Assembly: GCA_013297925.1 (NCBI GenBank) | Contig: JAAFJC010000009.1 | Span: 997 to 64,996, forward strand | Direction: 5' to 3' | DNA from: Comamonadaceae bacterium | Lineage (GTDB): Bacteria; Pseudomonadota; Gammaproteobacteria; Burkholderiales; Burkholderiaceae_C | DNA: 64,000 nucleotides | Part shown: one piece after another, positions 47,180 through 56,080 of the stretch | How the letters are laid out: each line of letters begins with the position of its first letter | Position numbering within the stretch: position 1 is the first letter of the stretch | Position numbers and translations under genes: made by a program | Notes under the pieces: generated by a model | Database searches by the model: none | What the model was told of the DNA's origin: nothing | What the model saw: only the letters and a program-made list of their open reading frames with translations

Positions 47180-48471
47180 CAGCGACTGTCGCTCTTGAAG
47201 CGAGCACTCCAGCAGAGAGCTCGCCGCATTGGTCGGCTCGCCAAGGTTTCTCCTATGGAGCTTTAGGCATCGCTTTGGCTTTTGTGGCGCTGCCGTTGTA
47301 CGTGCTCTTGCCCAATCACTACGCGCGTGAATTTGGTGTTAGCCTGAGCACGCTGGGCGCGATTTTGCTGGGTGCGCGCTTGTTTGATGCGGTGATTGAT
47401 CCGGCTCTGGGCGGCTGGGCAGATCGGCTCTTTGGCCGCTCAGTGCAAGCTGCTTGGCGCATGGCCTGTGTGGTTGCTGTGATCTTGGCCGCTGGCTTTG
47501 CAGCTTTGTTTTTTCCGCCTGTTCGCGGCAATGGTTTGCTGGTGTGGGCAACGCTGGCACTGATCGTCACGTATGCGGCCTATAGCTTCGTGAGTGTGAC
47601 GCACCAGAGCTGGGGCGCGCGCTTAGGTGGCGATGCGCCTTTCCGCGCACGCGTGGCAGCTTGGCGTGAAGCGCCGGGATTGATTGGTGTGTTGCTGGCT
47701 TCGACGCTGCCCGTCGTGGCTGGTTTTCCAATCATGGTCAGTGTGTTTGTGGCTCTGCTTGCATTGGGGCTGTGGGCTTTGTTTTATGCGCCACGCCCGG
47801 CTCAACACATCATGCCCAGCCAAGCCAAGCAAAACCTTTGGCAGCCTTGGAGCAACAGCCGCTTTCGCGCTTTGATGCTGATATTTATTTTGAACGGGAT
47901 CGCCAGCGCAGTGCCCGCCACCTTGGTGCTCTTCTTCGTGCAGGATCTGCTGCAAGCGCCGAAGAATTTAGAAGGCGTGTTTCTTGGCGTGTATTTCATC
48001 GCAGGTGCTTTGGCCATTCCAGTCTGGATGCAAGCGGTAAAACGCATCGGCTTGGCTTGGGGCTGGCTCGTGAGCATGCTGCTCTCGATTGCCGTATTTA
48101 TCTGGGCCGCCACGCTCGGCTCTGGCGATGTGTGGGCTTATGTGGCTGTATGCGCACTCTCTGGCGTAGCGCTCGGCGCAGACTTGGCCTTTCCGAGCGC
48201 TTTGCTGACTGGCGCGATTGCTGCGCAAGGTGATCAGGGTCAGCATGAAGGCGCGTATTACGGTTGGTGGAATTTCGCCACCAAGCTCAACATGGCTTTG
48301 GCCGCTGGCTTGGCATTGCCTTTGCTCGATGTGTTTGGCTACACACCTGGGGCGCGCGATCCGCAAGCCTTACAAGCACTGGTGATCGCCTACTGCGTCT
48401 TACCCTGCACTCTTAAATTGATAGCATCTGGCGCACTGTTTTTGGCAGCCAGAGGCAAAAAATTCACTTGA
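47176..48471 (+). CDS. MFS-type transporter (GPH-like)
   Basis: A 431-aa protein with about 12 TM helices. Its GTG start overlaps the previous stop. Confidence 0.75.
   Translation: MTATVALEASTPAESSPHWSARQGFSYGALGIALAFVALPLYVLLPNHYAREFGVSLSTLGAILLGARLFDAVIDPALGGWADRLFGRSVQAAWRMACVVAVILAAGFAALFFPPVRGNGLLVWATLALIVTYAAYSFVSVTHQSWGARLGGDAPFRARVAAWREAPGLIGVLLASTLPVVAGFPIMVSVFVALLALGLWALFYAPRPAQHIMPSQAKQNLWQPWSNSRFRALMLIFILNGIASAVPATLVLFFVQDLLQAPKNLEGVFLGVYFIAGALAIPVWMQAVKRIGLAWGWLVSMLLSIAVFIWAATLGSGDVWAYVAVCALSGVALGADLAFPSALLTGAIAAQGDQGQHEGAYYGWWNFATKLNMALAAGLALPLLDVFGYTPGARDPQALQALVIAYCVLPCTLKLIASGALFLAARGKKFT
48410..48450 (-). repeat. Possible family I copy (I) near the MFS C-terminus
   Basis: ctcttaaattgatagcatctggcgcactgtttttggcagcc. 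The first 16 nt match copy D in 15 of 16 positions. Confidence 0.35.
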
Positions 48472-48484
48472 AACGGAGTTTCTG

Positions 48485-49051
48485 ATGTCTTACCTACCTT
48501 CTCGCCGCTTTCTGCTCACCGCTGGTGGAGCCGCCGCTACATTGGCCATCACCGGCTGCAGCACGGCGCCCCAAGTTGCTGATTACGCGTCTGAAAAACC
48601 CGTTTTTGATCTGAAGAACTATTTCAACGGCGTGGTCGATGGCTGGGGCATCTTCACCGACCGTGGTGGCAAAGTGGCACGCCGCTTTGTCGTGACGCTG
48701 AATTGCTCGTGGCAAGGTGATAACGGCATTCTTGATGAAGATTTCATCTTCAGCGATGGCAAAAAAGAAAAGCGCATTTGGCGCATGAAGCGCATCGCGG
48801 GCAGCGATGGCATCGTGCGTTACGAAGGCACTGCGGGCGATGTCGTGGGCATAGGCCGAGGCGAGCAGCGTGGCAATGCTTTCCGCTGGGGCTATACGCT
48901 GGCCTTGCCAGTTGATGGCAAAGTCTATGAAGTGCAGTTTGACGATTGGATGTATCAGATGGACAGCAAAGTCGTCATCAACAAAGCTACCATGAGCAAA
49001 TTCGGCATCACGCTGGGTGAGCTCGTCGTGACCTTCACCAAGCGAAATTAA
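48485..49051 (+). CDS. DUF3833-like lipoprotein
   Basis: Lipobox LAITGCS. Length is 188 aa. Family name is from recollection. Confidence 0.55.
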   Translation: MSYLPSRRFLLTAGGAAATLAITGCSTAPQVADYASEKPVFDLKNYFNGVVDGWGIFTDRGGKVARRFVVTLNCSWQGDNGILDEDFIFSDGKKEKRIWRMKRIAGSDGIVRYEGTAGDVVGIGRGEQRGNAFRWGYTLALPVDGKVYEVQFDDWMYQMDSKVVINKATMSKFGITLGELVVTFTKRN

Positions 49052-49072
49052 TTGGGTTCTGACCCCAATTAA
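49048..49072. repeat. 9-bp hairpin TTAATTGGG-ttctgac-CCCAATTAA overlapping the DUF3833 stop codon
   Basis: It shares CTGACCCCAATT with the right arm of the inverted repeat at 61108-61127. Confidence 0.5.
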
Positions 49073-49102
49073 TTCAATGAAACAACAACAAAGCAGCACC
49101 TG

Positions 49103-49873
49103 ATGAGCCTCAATCCCAAAATCACCGATTGGCACGGAAAACGTGTCTGGCTCGTGGGCGCTTCTACCGGCATTGGCCGCGCTACTGCGATTGCCTTGCA
49201 TGCGGCTGGTGCAAAAGTCTTTGTGTCAGCCCGCAGCCCCGCGCCTTTGGCTGAGCTTGCCCAGCAATACCCCGGCTTGCAAACTATCCAATTGGATGCG
49301 ACCGATGAAGCAGGCGTGAAAGCTACAACGCAAAAACTGATCCTGGAGGGCGGCCTCGATCTCATGATGTACTGCGCCGGCATTTATCAACCACTGCGCG
49401 CGCAAGATATCAAAAGCACGATCATGGCGCAGCATATGCAGGTCAATTACATTGGCGCCGTGTATGTGACAGAAGCTGTGCTTCCTGCCATGCTTGCTGC
49501 CAAGCACGGGCATTTGAGCTATGTATCGAGCGTAGCGGGCTTTCGCGGGCTGCCGAAATCCTTGGCTTATGGGCCAACCAAAGCCGCGATGATCAACATG
49601 GCGGAAGCACTCTATATTGATCTACACGATGAAGGTTTGGGCGTGAGTGTGATCAATCCCGGCTTTGTGGAAACGCCGCTCACCTCCCAGAATACGTTTC
49701 GCATGCCCGCGCTCATCAAACCTGAAGAAGCCGCCACTGAAATCATGGCAGGCTGGCAAGCAGGAAAATTTGAAATGCACTTCCCCAAACGCTTCACCGC
49801 TTGGCTCAAGCTCATGCGCAGCGCGCCGCACAGCCTGTACTTCAAGATGACGCGGCAGTTCACGGGGCTGTGA
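49103..49873 (+). CDS. SDR-family oxidoreductase
   Basis: Contains VWLVGASTGIGRATA and YGPTKAA. Confidence 0.85.
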   Translation: MSLNPKITDWHGKRVWLVGASTGIGRATAIALHAAGAKVFVSARSPAPLAELAQQYPGLQTIQLDATDEAGVKATTQKLILEGGLDLMMYCAGIYQPLRAQDIKSTIMAQHMQVNYIGAVYVTEAVLPAMLAAKHGHLSYVSSVAGFRGLPKSLAYGPTKAAMINMAEALYIDLHDEGLGVSVINPGFVETPLTSQNTFRMPALIKPEEAATEIMAGWQAGKFEMHFPKRFTAWLKLMRSAPHSLYFKMTRQFTGL

Positions 49874-49874
49874 C

Positions 49875-50318
49875 ATGGCGCATACAGCAAGCGATCCGCG
49901 CGTGCAGCGCATCGTCGATTTCTTCGAAGGCCTGCAACCCGCTTCTGTGCAACTCATGGGCGAGTTCTACACCCTTGATGCGTACTTCAAAGACCCGTTC
50001 AATGAAGTGCGTGGCCTGCCAGAAGTGCAGCGTATCTTCAGCCACATGTACGTCGCCCTACACGAGCCGCATTTTGTGGTGACGAATACTGTGACGCAAG
50101 GCGATCAATGCTTCATCGTCTGGGATTTCAAATTTCACTTCAAGCGCTTTGATACCGTGACGATGCAAGCCGTGCGCGGCTGCTCGCATTTGCAATTAGC
50201 TTCTGATGGGCGCATTGCGTTTCATCGAGACTACTGGGATGCAGCGGAAGAGCTGTATGAGAAGCTGCCGTATGTGGGTGCGTTGATGCGGTGGTTGAAG
50301 AAGCGCGCTAATAGCTGA
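49875..50318 (+). CDS. NTF2/SnoaL-like small protein
   Basis: A 147-aa protein at the usual terminal position of the conserved cluster. Confidence 0.55.
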   Translation: MAHTASDPRVQRIVDFFEGLQPASVQLMGEFYTLDAYFKDPFNEVRGLPEVQRIFSHMYVALHEPHFVVTNTVTQGDQCFIVWDFKFHFKRFDTVTMQAVRGCSHLQLASDGRIAFHRDYWDAAEELYEKLPYVGALMRWLKKRANS

Positions 50319-50450
50319 TTTCAGTTGGTGCTCGGAAGGTTTCGTTCGGCGAGAGCGGCTGCGAGTGCGAGGCCTCTTGGTTACTCTGAAAATTTTTACC
50401 CGTTGATAGTCACTCAGCACGCACTATGTTTGTGAATGATGACTGTGATT

Positions 50451-50527
50451 GGGTTATCTCACGCAGCAAAATAAAGGGGGAATGCGGGCAAAGCCCGCAG
50501 GAGGACATTTGCGGAGTGGGATAGCCC
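50451..50527 (+). repeat. Family II long-hairpin element, compact copy U3
   Basis: A 20-position outer stem (50451-50470 with 50508-50527): 16 Watson-Crick pairs, 2 U-G pairs on the plus strand, and 2 mismatches. It encloses AUAAAGGGGGAAU, the hairpin GCGGGC-aaa-GCCCGC, then AGGAGGACA. Confidence 0.65.
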
Positions 50528-50570
50528 AAGCGCAGGCGGCATTCACAGACCGCAAGCGCTGCCAGCTAGC

Positions 50571-51644
50571 TCAAGCCACAACCATACCTTCGCGGACAAC
50601 TGTTACATCATCTAGAGCAACAGTGCAGTGCTTCAGGGGCAAATCAAAATGCCCAAGTGTGTACCGCCCAGCAGTTTCATTGGCCCCGGTGCTGTAGAGA
50701 AAACTACCCGCAGCGCAACGTAACTCCGTGCCATTGAAATCGCGCTTGTCAAACATCGCCATGCTGTCAAAACGCGCTGCGGTGTTCAGGCCATAGCCGA
50801 CGTGCGAAACGGCATAGGCTGCGCGATGGCCATCGCGCGCTTCCCAAGCGGCAAGATACTCACGCATGAGCTGGGCATCCACGCCCGAGCCTTCAATCTT
50901 TGTGATGTGATCGTTCTCAATCGTGAGTGAAATGGGTTGCTCGATATAGCGCTTGAAGGCCAAGTTCACATCACCCACACCGAGCACCAAACGGCCATTC
51001 ACACTGCCCGCTTTGGGAAAGGAGAGCACAAGGCCTCCGGCGAAATGCGTCATCGTGCCGGGTTTACTGGTATAGCCCCAATTGCCGCCGCTCGGCGCAC
51101 CTTCTAAAGCAATGTGCAAATCCGTGCCCGCTGCGCTGCTCACATACATTTTTTTTGTACCGCGCAAACGCTTGCTGTGCGCCTTCACGGTTTGCTCTAA
51201 ATCATCATCTGGCAACATACGGCAAAGAGCCTCCGGATGCTCATTGCTCACATAGATCACGCGCGGCTGCGTTGTGCCATTGCCCTTCAAAATCGCAGGC
51301 AGCTCAGGTGCATGCATCAGGCCTTCAACCGTGCAATCGATCACCAGATGGCTGCCCGCCAAAGCTTGAATCACGGGCGCGATGCCCGCAATGGCTGTGC
51401 TTGCGCCCGTGGAGCGGATGATCGGCGTTGGCGGCTGGGTCAGGGCGGGCAACGTGGGCAGGCTCAGCGTGAAAACTTGCGCGCCTATGCGCGCACAGGC
51501 GTGGCGCAGGGCTTCGATCAAATCGGGTCGTGATTGACTCTCGCACAAAATCGCTGCGGTCTCACCGCCTTGCAAGGCGCAGCGGCGCAGCAAGGCCTCA
51601 AAGCAGTCGATCCAATGGGGCTCAATGCGGGTGGCGGGTGTCAT
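50571..51644 (-). CDS. M29-aminopeptidase-fold protein (NicX / 2,5-dihydroxypyridine dioxygenase-like)
   Basis: A 357-aa protein. Its C-terminal half (SHVGYGLN..GSFLYSTGANE..LGHFDLPL) resembles my recollection of the NicX family. Confidence 0.5.
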   Translation of the reverse strand: MTPATRIEPHWIDCFEALLRRCALQGGETAAILCESQSRPDLIEALRHACARIGAQVFTLSLPTLPALTQPPTPIIRSTGASTAIAGIAPVIQALAGSHLVIDCTVEGLMHAPELPAILKGNGTTQPRVIYVSNEHPEALCRMLPDDDLEQTVKAHSKRLRGTKKMYVSSAAGTDLHIALEGAPSGGNWGYTSKPGTMTHFAGGLVLSFPKAGSVNGRLVLGVGDVNLAFKRYIEQPISLTIENDHITKIEGSGVDAQLMREYLAAWEARDGHRAAYAVSHVGYGLNTAARFDSMAMFDKRDFNGTELRCAAGSFLYSTGANETAGRYTLGHFDLPLKHCTVALDDVTVVREGMVVA

Positions 51645-51704
51645 GGCAAAAACAGGGCAATAAACAGAGCAAGAAATAGGGCGTTTGTATTGCGGGCATA
51701 CTAC

Positions 51705-52211
51705 ATGAAAATCCCTATGACTACAGCCTCTTCCCCCACGCCTGCAGCTCTGCGTGCCGCTCTCGGCTTGTTTGCCACAGGCGTGACGATTGTGACCACG
51801 CGCACGCCCGATGGCAGCATGATCGGCCTCACAGCCAATTCGTTCAACTCTGTATCTCTCACGCCACCTCTCGTGCTCTGGAGCTTGGGGCTCAAAGCAG
51901 GTTCACTACAAGCATTTTTACAAGCGCGGCACTACGCGATTCATGTGCTCTCTGTGGAGCAGCAACCCTTAGCAGAGCGTTTTGCCAGCAAGGTGGTGGA
52001 TCGTTTTGATGGTTTGTCTTTCACTGAGGGCTTAGGCGGCGTGCCATTGCTGCCAGGCTGCGCTGCCGTGTTTGAATGCACGAGTAAGAGCCAGTATCCC
52101 GAAGGCGATCATGTGATCTTGGTGGGCGAGGTGCTCGCTTGCCAGCACGATGCCACCCGCTCGCCCCTGCTGTTTCATGGCGGTAAGTTCTACACCGAGC
52201 ATCCTTTGTGA
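51705..52211 (+). CDS. Flavin reductase-family protein
   Basis: Contains FATGVTIVTT, ANSFNSVSLTPPLVLW and LLFHGGKF. Confidence 0.85.
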   Translation: MKIPMTTASSPTPAALRAALGLFATGVTIVTTRTPDGSMIGLTANSFNSVSLTPPLVLWSLGLKAGSLQAFLQARHYAIHVLSVEQQPLAERFASKVVDRFDGLSFTEGLGGVPLLPGCAAVFECTSKSQYPEGDHVILVGEVLACQHDATRSPLLFHGGKFYTEHPL

Positions 52212-53113
52212 GCTCTTCTGTGCCGCCAGCTCGCAAAGAGCATCTGGATAGTTTGGCGATCACATTGCTCTTGGGCTGCTGCGTGTTTTGGGGCTTGCAG
52301 CAAGTGCTGGCCAAAGCCACGCTCGCAGAAGTGCCACCTGTGTTTCAATCGGCAGTGCGCGCAGTAGGCGCAACGCTCTTGCTCATGATCTGGTGCAAAG
52401 CGCGAGGCATTGCTCTGTTCGCCCGAGACGGCACGCTCTGGCTTGGCCTGCTCGCAGGCAGCCTCTTCAGTTTTGAATTTGCTTGCATTTATCTCGCGCT
52501 TAGCCACACCGGGGCCTCCCGCGTCACGGTATTTCTCTACACCTCGCCTTTTTGGGTGGCAGCGCTGCTTCCGCTTTTCGTTAAAAGCGAGCGTATGAAC
52601 CGCATGCAATGGCTGGGGCTGTCTTGCGCCTTCGCTGCTGTAGTGTTTGCCCTCTGGGAGAGCTTGCAAAAAGCTGGCGCAGGGCGCTTGGGTGATGTGC
52701 TCGCCTTGCTCGCGGGCGCGTCTTGGGGATTAACCACGGTCACGATCCGAGCCACAGCGCTGGCCAAAATCAGCGCGGAGCGTTTGCTCTTTTATCAACT
52801 GGCTTGTAGCGCATTGAGCCTTCCTGTGCTTTCATTTCTGCTCGGCGAGCATTGGCCAGCGATGGCGCAGCTCAGTGGTTTTGCTTGGATATCTCTTGGC
52901 TTGCAAACCGTGGTGGGCGCGTTTGCCAGCTACCTCACCTGGATGTGGATGCTCACGCGCTATCCCGCCGCCAAGATCAGCGTCTTTGTGTTCCTTACGC
53001 CTGTGTTCGCCTTGATCTTCGCCGCGCTTTGGCTCAAGGAGCCCGTCACACCGAGCTTGGTGATTGCGATTGCACTGGTGGGCCTAGGTATCGTCTTGGT
53101 GAACAAGCGATAA
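52208..53113 (+). CDS. EamA/DMT-family permease
   Basis: A 301-aa protein with about 10 TM helices. Confidence 0.75.
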   Translation: MSSSVPPARKEHLDSLAITLLLGCCVFWGLQQVLAKATLAEVPPVFQSAVRAVGATLLLMIWCKARGIALFARDGTLWLGLLAGSLFSFEFACIYLALSHTGASRVTVFLYTSPFWVAALLPLFVKSERMNRMQWLGLSCAFAAVVFALWESLQKAGAGRLGDVLALLAGASWGLTTVTIRATALAKISAERLLFYQLACSALSLPVLSFLLGEHWPAMAQLSGFAWISLGLQTVVGAFASYLTWMWMLTRYPAAKISVFVFLTPVFALIFAALWLKEPVTPSLVIAIALVGLGIVLVNKR

Positions 53114-53116
53114 GAC

Positions 53117-53977
53117 TTATTTCAACGCGTAGCTCGCGGCAATTCCTGCAAAAAACGTCAATCCCAGCCAATGATTTTGGCGAAACGCGGTGAAACAACC
53201 CTCGCGTGAACGGCTGCGGATGAGCGTCCAGTGCCAGAAGATTTGTGCACCTGCAACGCCAATCACTATGAATTTGATAGCTGTTCCCGCAGATTCCATG
53301 CCGGCGATTAGCCAAAAAAGCATGTAAATCGCATAAAAAAACATGATTGCAGCCACATCGTAGCGCCCCAGCGTGATGGCCGAGGTCTTCATGCCAATAC
53401 GCAAATCATCGTCTCGATCGACCATGGCATATTCGGTGTCGTAGGCGAGAACCCAGAAGAGATTGCCGAGCAGCAGTATCCAGGCGAGCAATGGCACGCG
53501 ACCCTGCACAGCAGCGAAAGCCATCGGTATGCCAAAGCTGAAAGCCACGCCCAGCACGGCTTGTGGCATGGAGACGAAACGCTTGGCAAACGGATACGCT
53601 ATGGCAATCGCAAGCGCTGCGAAAGACCAGAGTACGGTGGCCAGATTCGTTGTGAGCACCAAACCGAAAGCCAGCAGCGCGAGCACCGCGCCCACAAGCA
53701 GCGCCTCTTTCTTCCCCACTTTGCCACTCGTCACCGGCCTTTGCGCGGTGCGCTTCACATGCTTGTCAAAATCCGCATCGGCCACATCGTTCACACAGCA
53801 GCCTGCGCTGCGCATAAGGATGGTGCCCAGCGTGAAGACGATGATCAGATGCCAGCCGGGGAAGCCGCCGGCCGAGATCCATAGTGCGCTGAGGGTCGGC
53901 CACAGTAACAGCAGCCAGCCCGCGGGGCGATTCCAACGAATGAGATCGAGATAGAGGCCAAGTCGCTCCTTCAGCAT
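53117..53977 (-). CDS. ubiA: 4-hydroxybenzoate polyprenyltransferase
   Basis: Contains [12 protein letters not shown] (NDxxDxxxD) and [13 protein letters not shown]. Length is 286 aa. Confidence 0.9.
   Translation of the reverse strand: MLKERLGLYLDLIRWNRPAGWLLLLWPTLSALWISAGGFPGWHLIIVFTLGTILMRSAGCCVNDVADADFDKHVKRTAQRPVTSGKVGKKEALLVGAVLALLAFGLVLTTNLATVLWSFAALAIAIAYPFAKRFVSMPQAVLGVAFSFGIPMAFAAVQGRVPLLAWILLLGNLFWVLAYDTEYAMVDRDDDLRIGMKTSAITLGRYDVAAIMFFYAIYMLFWLIAGMESAGTAIKFIVIGVAGAQIFWHWTLIRSRSREGCFTAFRQNHWLGLTFFAGIAASYALK
53266..53306 (-). repeat. Family I repeat, copy G, inside the ubiA coding sequence (in frame)
   Basis: ctatgaatttgatagctgttcccgcagattccatgccggcg. It encodes (L)[15 protein letters not shown], in the same gene-relative orientation and frame as the glpK copy. 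Confidence 0.75.
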
Positions 53978-53997
53978 GTCTCTTGGCCTGATTGTTA

Positions 53998-54037
53998 CTA
54001 TGAATTTAATAGCTGCTTGCGCAGTATTTATGCCGGC
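53998..54037 (-). repeat. Family I repeat, copy F (reverse orientation), between ubiA and ssb
   Basis: ctatgaatttaatagctgcttgcgcagtatttatgccggc. Confidence 0.8.
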
Positions 54038-54067
54038 TAGCTGCCCAAAAGGCTTTGAAAATCGAGC

Positions 54068-54565
54068 TTAGAACGGGATATCGTCATCCATATCATCAAA
54101 GCCACTGCCTTGCTTGGCCTTAGGTGCTGCGCCAGCTGGAGCAGCGGCTGGGCGCGCTGCTGGCGGGCGAGAAGCTGGAGCAGGTGCGCGTGAATAACCG
54201 CCACCGCCTTCGTCTGGCGAACCCGCGCCTTGGCGGCTTCCCAGGAGCTGCATTTCTGTAGCGATGATGTCCACTGTGTTGCGCTCGATGCCGTCTTTAT
54301 CGGTGTATTTGCCGTACTTCAAGCGGCCTTCCACGTAAAGCGGCGCGCCTTTTTTCACATACTCGCCCACGATCTCGGCCAGGCGGTCAAAGAACTGCAC
54401 ACGATGCCATTGGGTGTCTTCAATCGTCTCACCGGAGGTTTTGTCTTTGCGTTTGCTGGTGGTGGCGATCGAGATATTGGCCACCGCGCCGCCGGAGGGC
54501 ATGTAGCGGATTTCGGGATCGCGCCCGCAGTTGCCCATGAGAATGACTTTGTTGACGGAGGCCAT
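54068..54565 (-). CDS. ssb: Single-stranded DNA-binding protein
   Basis: OB fold beginning [12 protein letters not shown], a Gly/Pro-rich linker, and an acidic tip ending DDDIPF. Confidence 0.95.
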   Translation of the reverse strand: MASVNKVILMGNCGRDPEIRYMPSGGAVANISIATTSKRKDKTSGETIEDTQWHRVQFFDRLAEIVGEYVKKGAPLYVEGRLKYGKYTDKDGIERNTVDIIATEMQLLGSRQGAGSPDEGGGGYSRAPAPASRPPAARPAAAPAGAAPKAKQGSGFDDMDDDIPF

Positions 54566-54623
54566 GTGTGTGTTCCTTGTGTTTCAGTGCTTAAGTTAAG
54601 TGGTTTGCCCAAAGGCCTTGCAA

Positions 54624-55838
54624 TTATGACGCAGCCCGAGCCGGCGGCTTCATGCCCCAAGCCGCTACGAGCCAGATGGCCATCAGCACAAAGCACCCGG
54701 CAAACAGCGCATCAAAGCCGTAATGCTTAGCCAGCCAGCCGCCGCCGAATCCACCGACGAAGAAGCCGAGGGATTGCACGGTGTTGTAAACGCCGAGCGC
54801 CGCGCCGCGTGCATGTGCGGGGGCGACGCGGGAGGCCAGAGATGGCTGGGATGCTTCGAGCACGTTGAAGCCAACAAAGAAGGCGAAAAGCAAAAATCCG
54901 AGTAACCACACGGATGGCGCTTGGTTCAAAGCCCACCACAGCCCGAGCTGTACCGCCCCAATCAAAGCCACGCTGCCCAAAAACGCCAGCTTCAGTTTGC
55001 CCCGAGCTTCCAAAGCAAACAAACCGCCCATGAACATAAACGAGAGCAGCACGGCCGGCAAATAGGCCTGCCAATGTGATGCTTTGCCCAAGCCAGCTTG
55101 CACCAGCATCACCGGAATCGCCACCCACATGGCGAGCTGCACCGCATGCAGAATGAATGCACCCAGATCCAGCCGAAGCAAATCAGCATGCACCAAGACT
55201 TCTCTAAGGCCATTGAGGCGGCTGCCAGGAGCAGAAGTGAGCGCAGGCTCAGGCGGCACACCCCATACCACGCTGGCCATACAGCCGATCACCAAAATAC
55301 CCGTTAAAGCAAACAAGCCAGACAAACCAATTTGCGCGGCCAGCCAAGGCGCGAGCACGAGAGACACCGCAAACATCAGCCCAATGCTCGCGCCCACCAA
55401 AGCCATAGCCTTGGTGCGCACTTCATCGCGCGTCATATCGGCCAACAGCGCCGTCACCGCTGCTGAGATCGCGCCCGCGCCTTGCAGCGAGCGACCTGCA
55501 ATGAGCCAGTCGAGCGTTGAAGCCGCAGCCGCCACAAAGCTGCCCAAAGCAAAAATCGCCAACCCAATCAAGATCACCTTCTTGCGGCCAAAGCGATCTG
55601 AGGCCATGCCAAACGGGATTTGTAAGATGCCTTGCGTCAGCCCATAAATGCCCATCGCCAGGCCGACGAGCGCCGGATCATCCCCGCCGGGATACTTGGT
55701 CGCTTCCAAAGCAAACACCGGCAACACCAAAAAAAGCCCGAGCATGCGCATGGCGAAAATGCTGGCCAGTGAGATGCTGGCGCGCCGCTCGATGGGGAGC
55801 AAGCTTGAAGAAGGCGGGGAAATCGGTGAAGCAGACAT
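54624..55838 (-). CDS. MFS transporter
   Basis: A 404-aa protein with 12 TM helices and the MFS loop motif DRFGRKK. Confidence 0.8.
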   Translation of the reverse strand: MSASPISPPSSSLLPIERRASISLASIFAMRMLGLFLVLPVFALEATKYPGGDDPALVGLAMGIYGLTQGILQIPFGMASDRFGRKKVILIGLAIFALGSFVAAAASTLDWLIAGRSLQGAGAISAAVTALLADMTRDEVRTKAMALVGASIGLMFAVSLVLAPWLAAQIGLSGLFALTGILVIGCMASVVWGVPPEPALTSAPGSRLNGLREVLVHADLLRLDLGAFILHAVQLAMWVAIPVMLVQAGLGKASHWQAYLPAVLLSFMFMGGLFALEARGKLKLAFLGSVALIGAVQLGLWWALNQAPSVWLLGFLLFAFFVGFNVLEASQPSLASRVAPAHARGAALGVYNTVQSLGFFVGGFGGGWLAKHYGFDALFAGCFVLMAIWLVAAWGMKPPARAAS

Positions 55839-56080
55839 GCAGAGCCGTGATTGTCGGGCATGGCGATGCAGTTTTTGATCCAGCGCGCAGATGTTCTGGA
55901 CTTATCTCTTGACGCACCTCAGAAAATACTTTAGATTTAAATAATCGTGATCTCTATTAATTCTGCACAAGAGCGATATTCATGCCGATCTGCAGGATCA
56001 AATGGAAAACACTGCCCTCGCAGCCAGGGCGCGCCCGTTAAGATCAAGAATTGTTTGCACAGTTTATTTAGGAGTTGCTG

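Noticed and set aside
49371-49420. Extra family I hits seeded by GCCGGCAT, here and also at 34311 and 10071.
   Set aside because: Similarity stops after the 8-mer, which simply encodes the common A-G-I tripeptide (for example the SDR NAGI motif). There is no GCTATT..AATAGC hairpin.
50449-50697. An 82-aa ORF with an SD-like GGAGGA and a TTG inside family II copy U3.
   Set aside because: The predicted peptide is basic and low-complexity. Its 3' half is antisense to the NicX-like gene. It shares no peptide similarity with the ORFs that open in U1 and U2.
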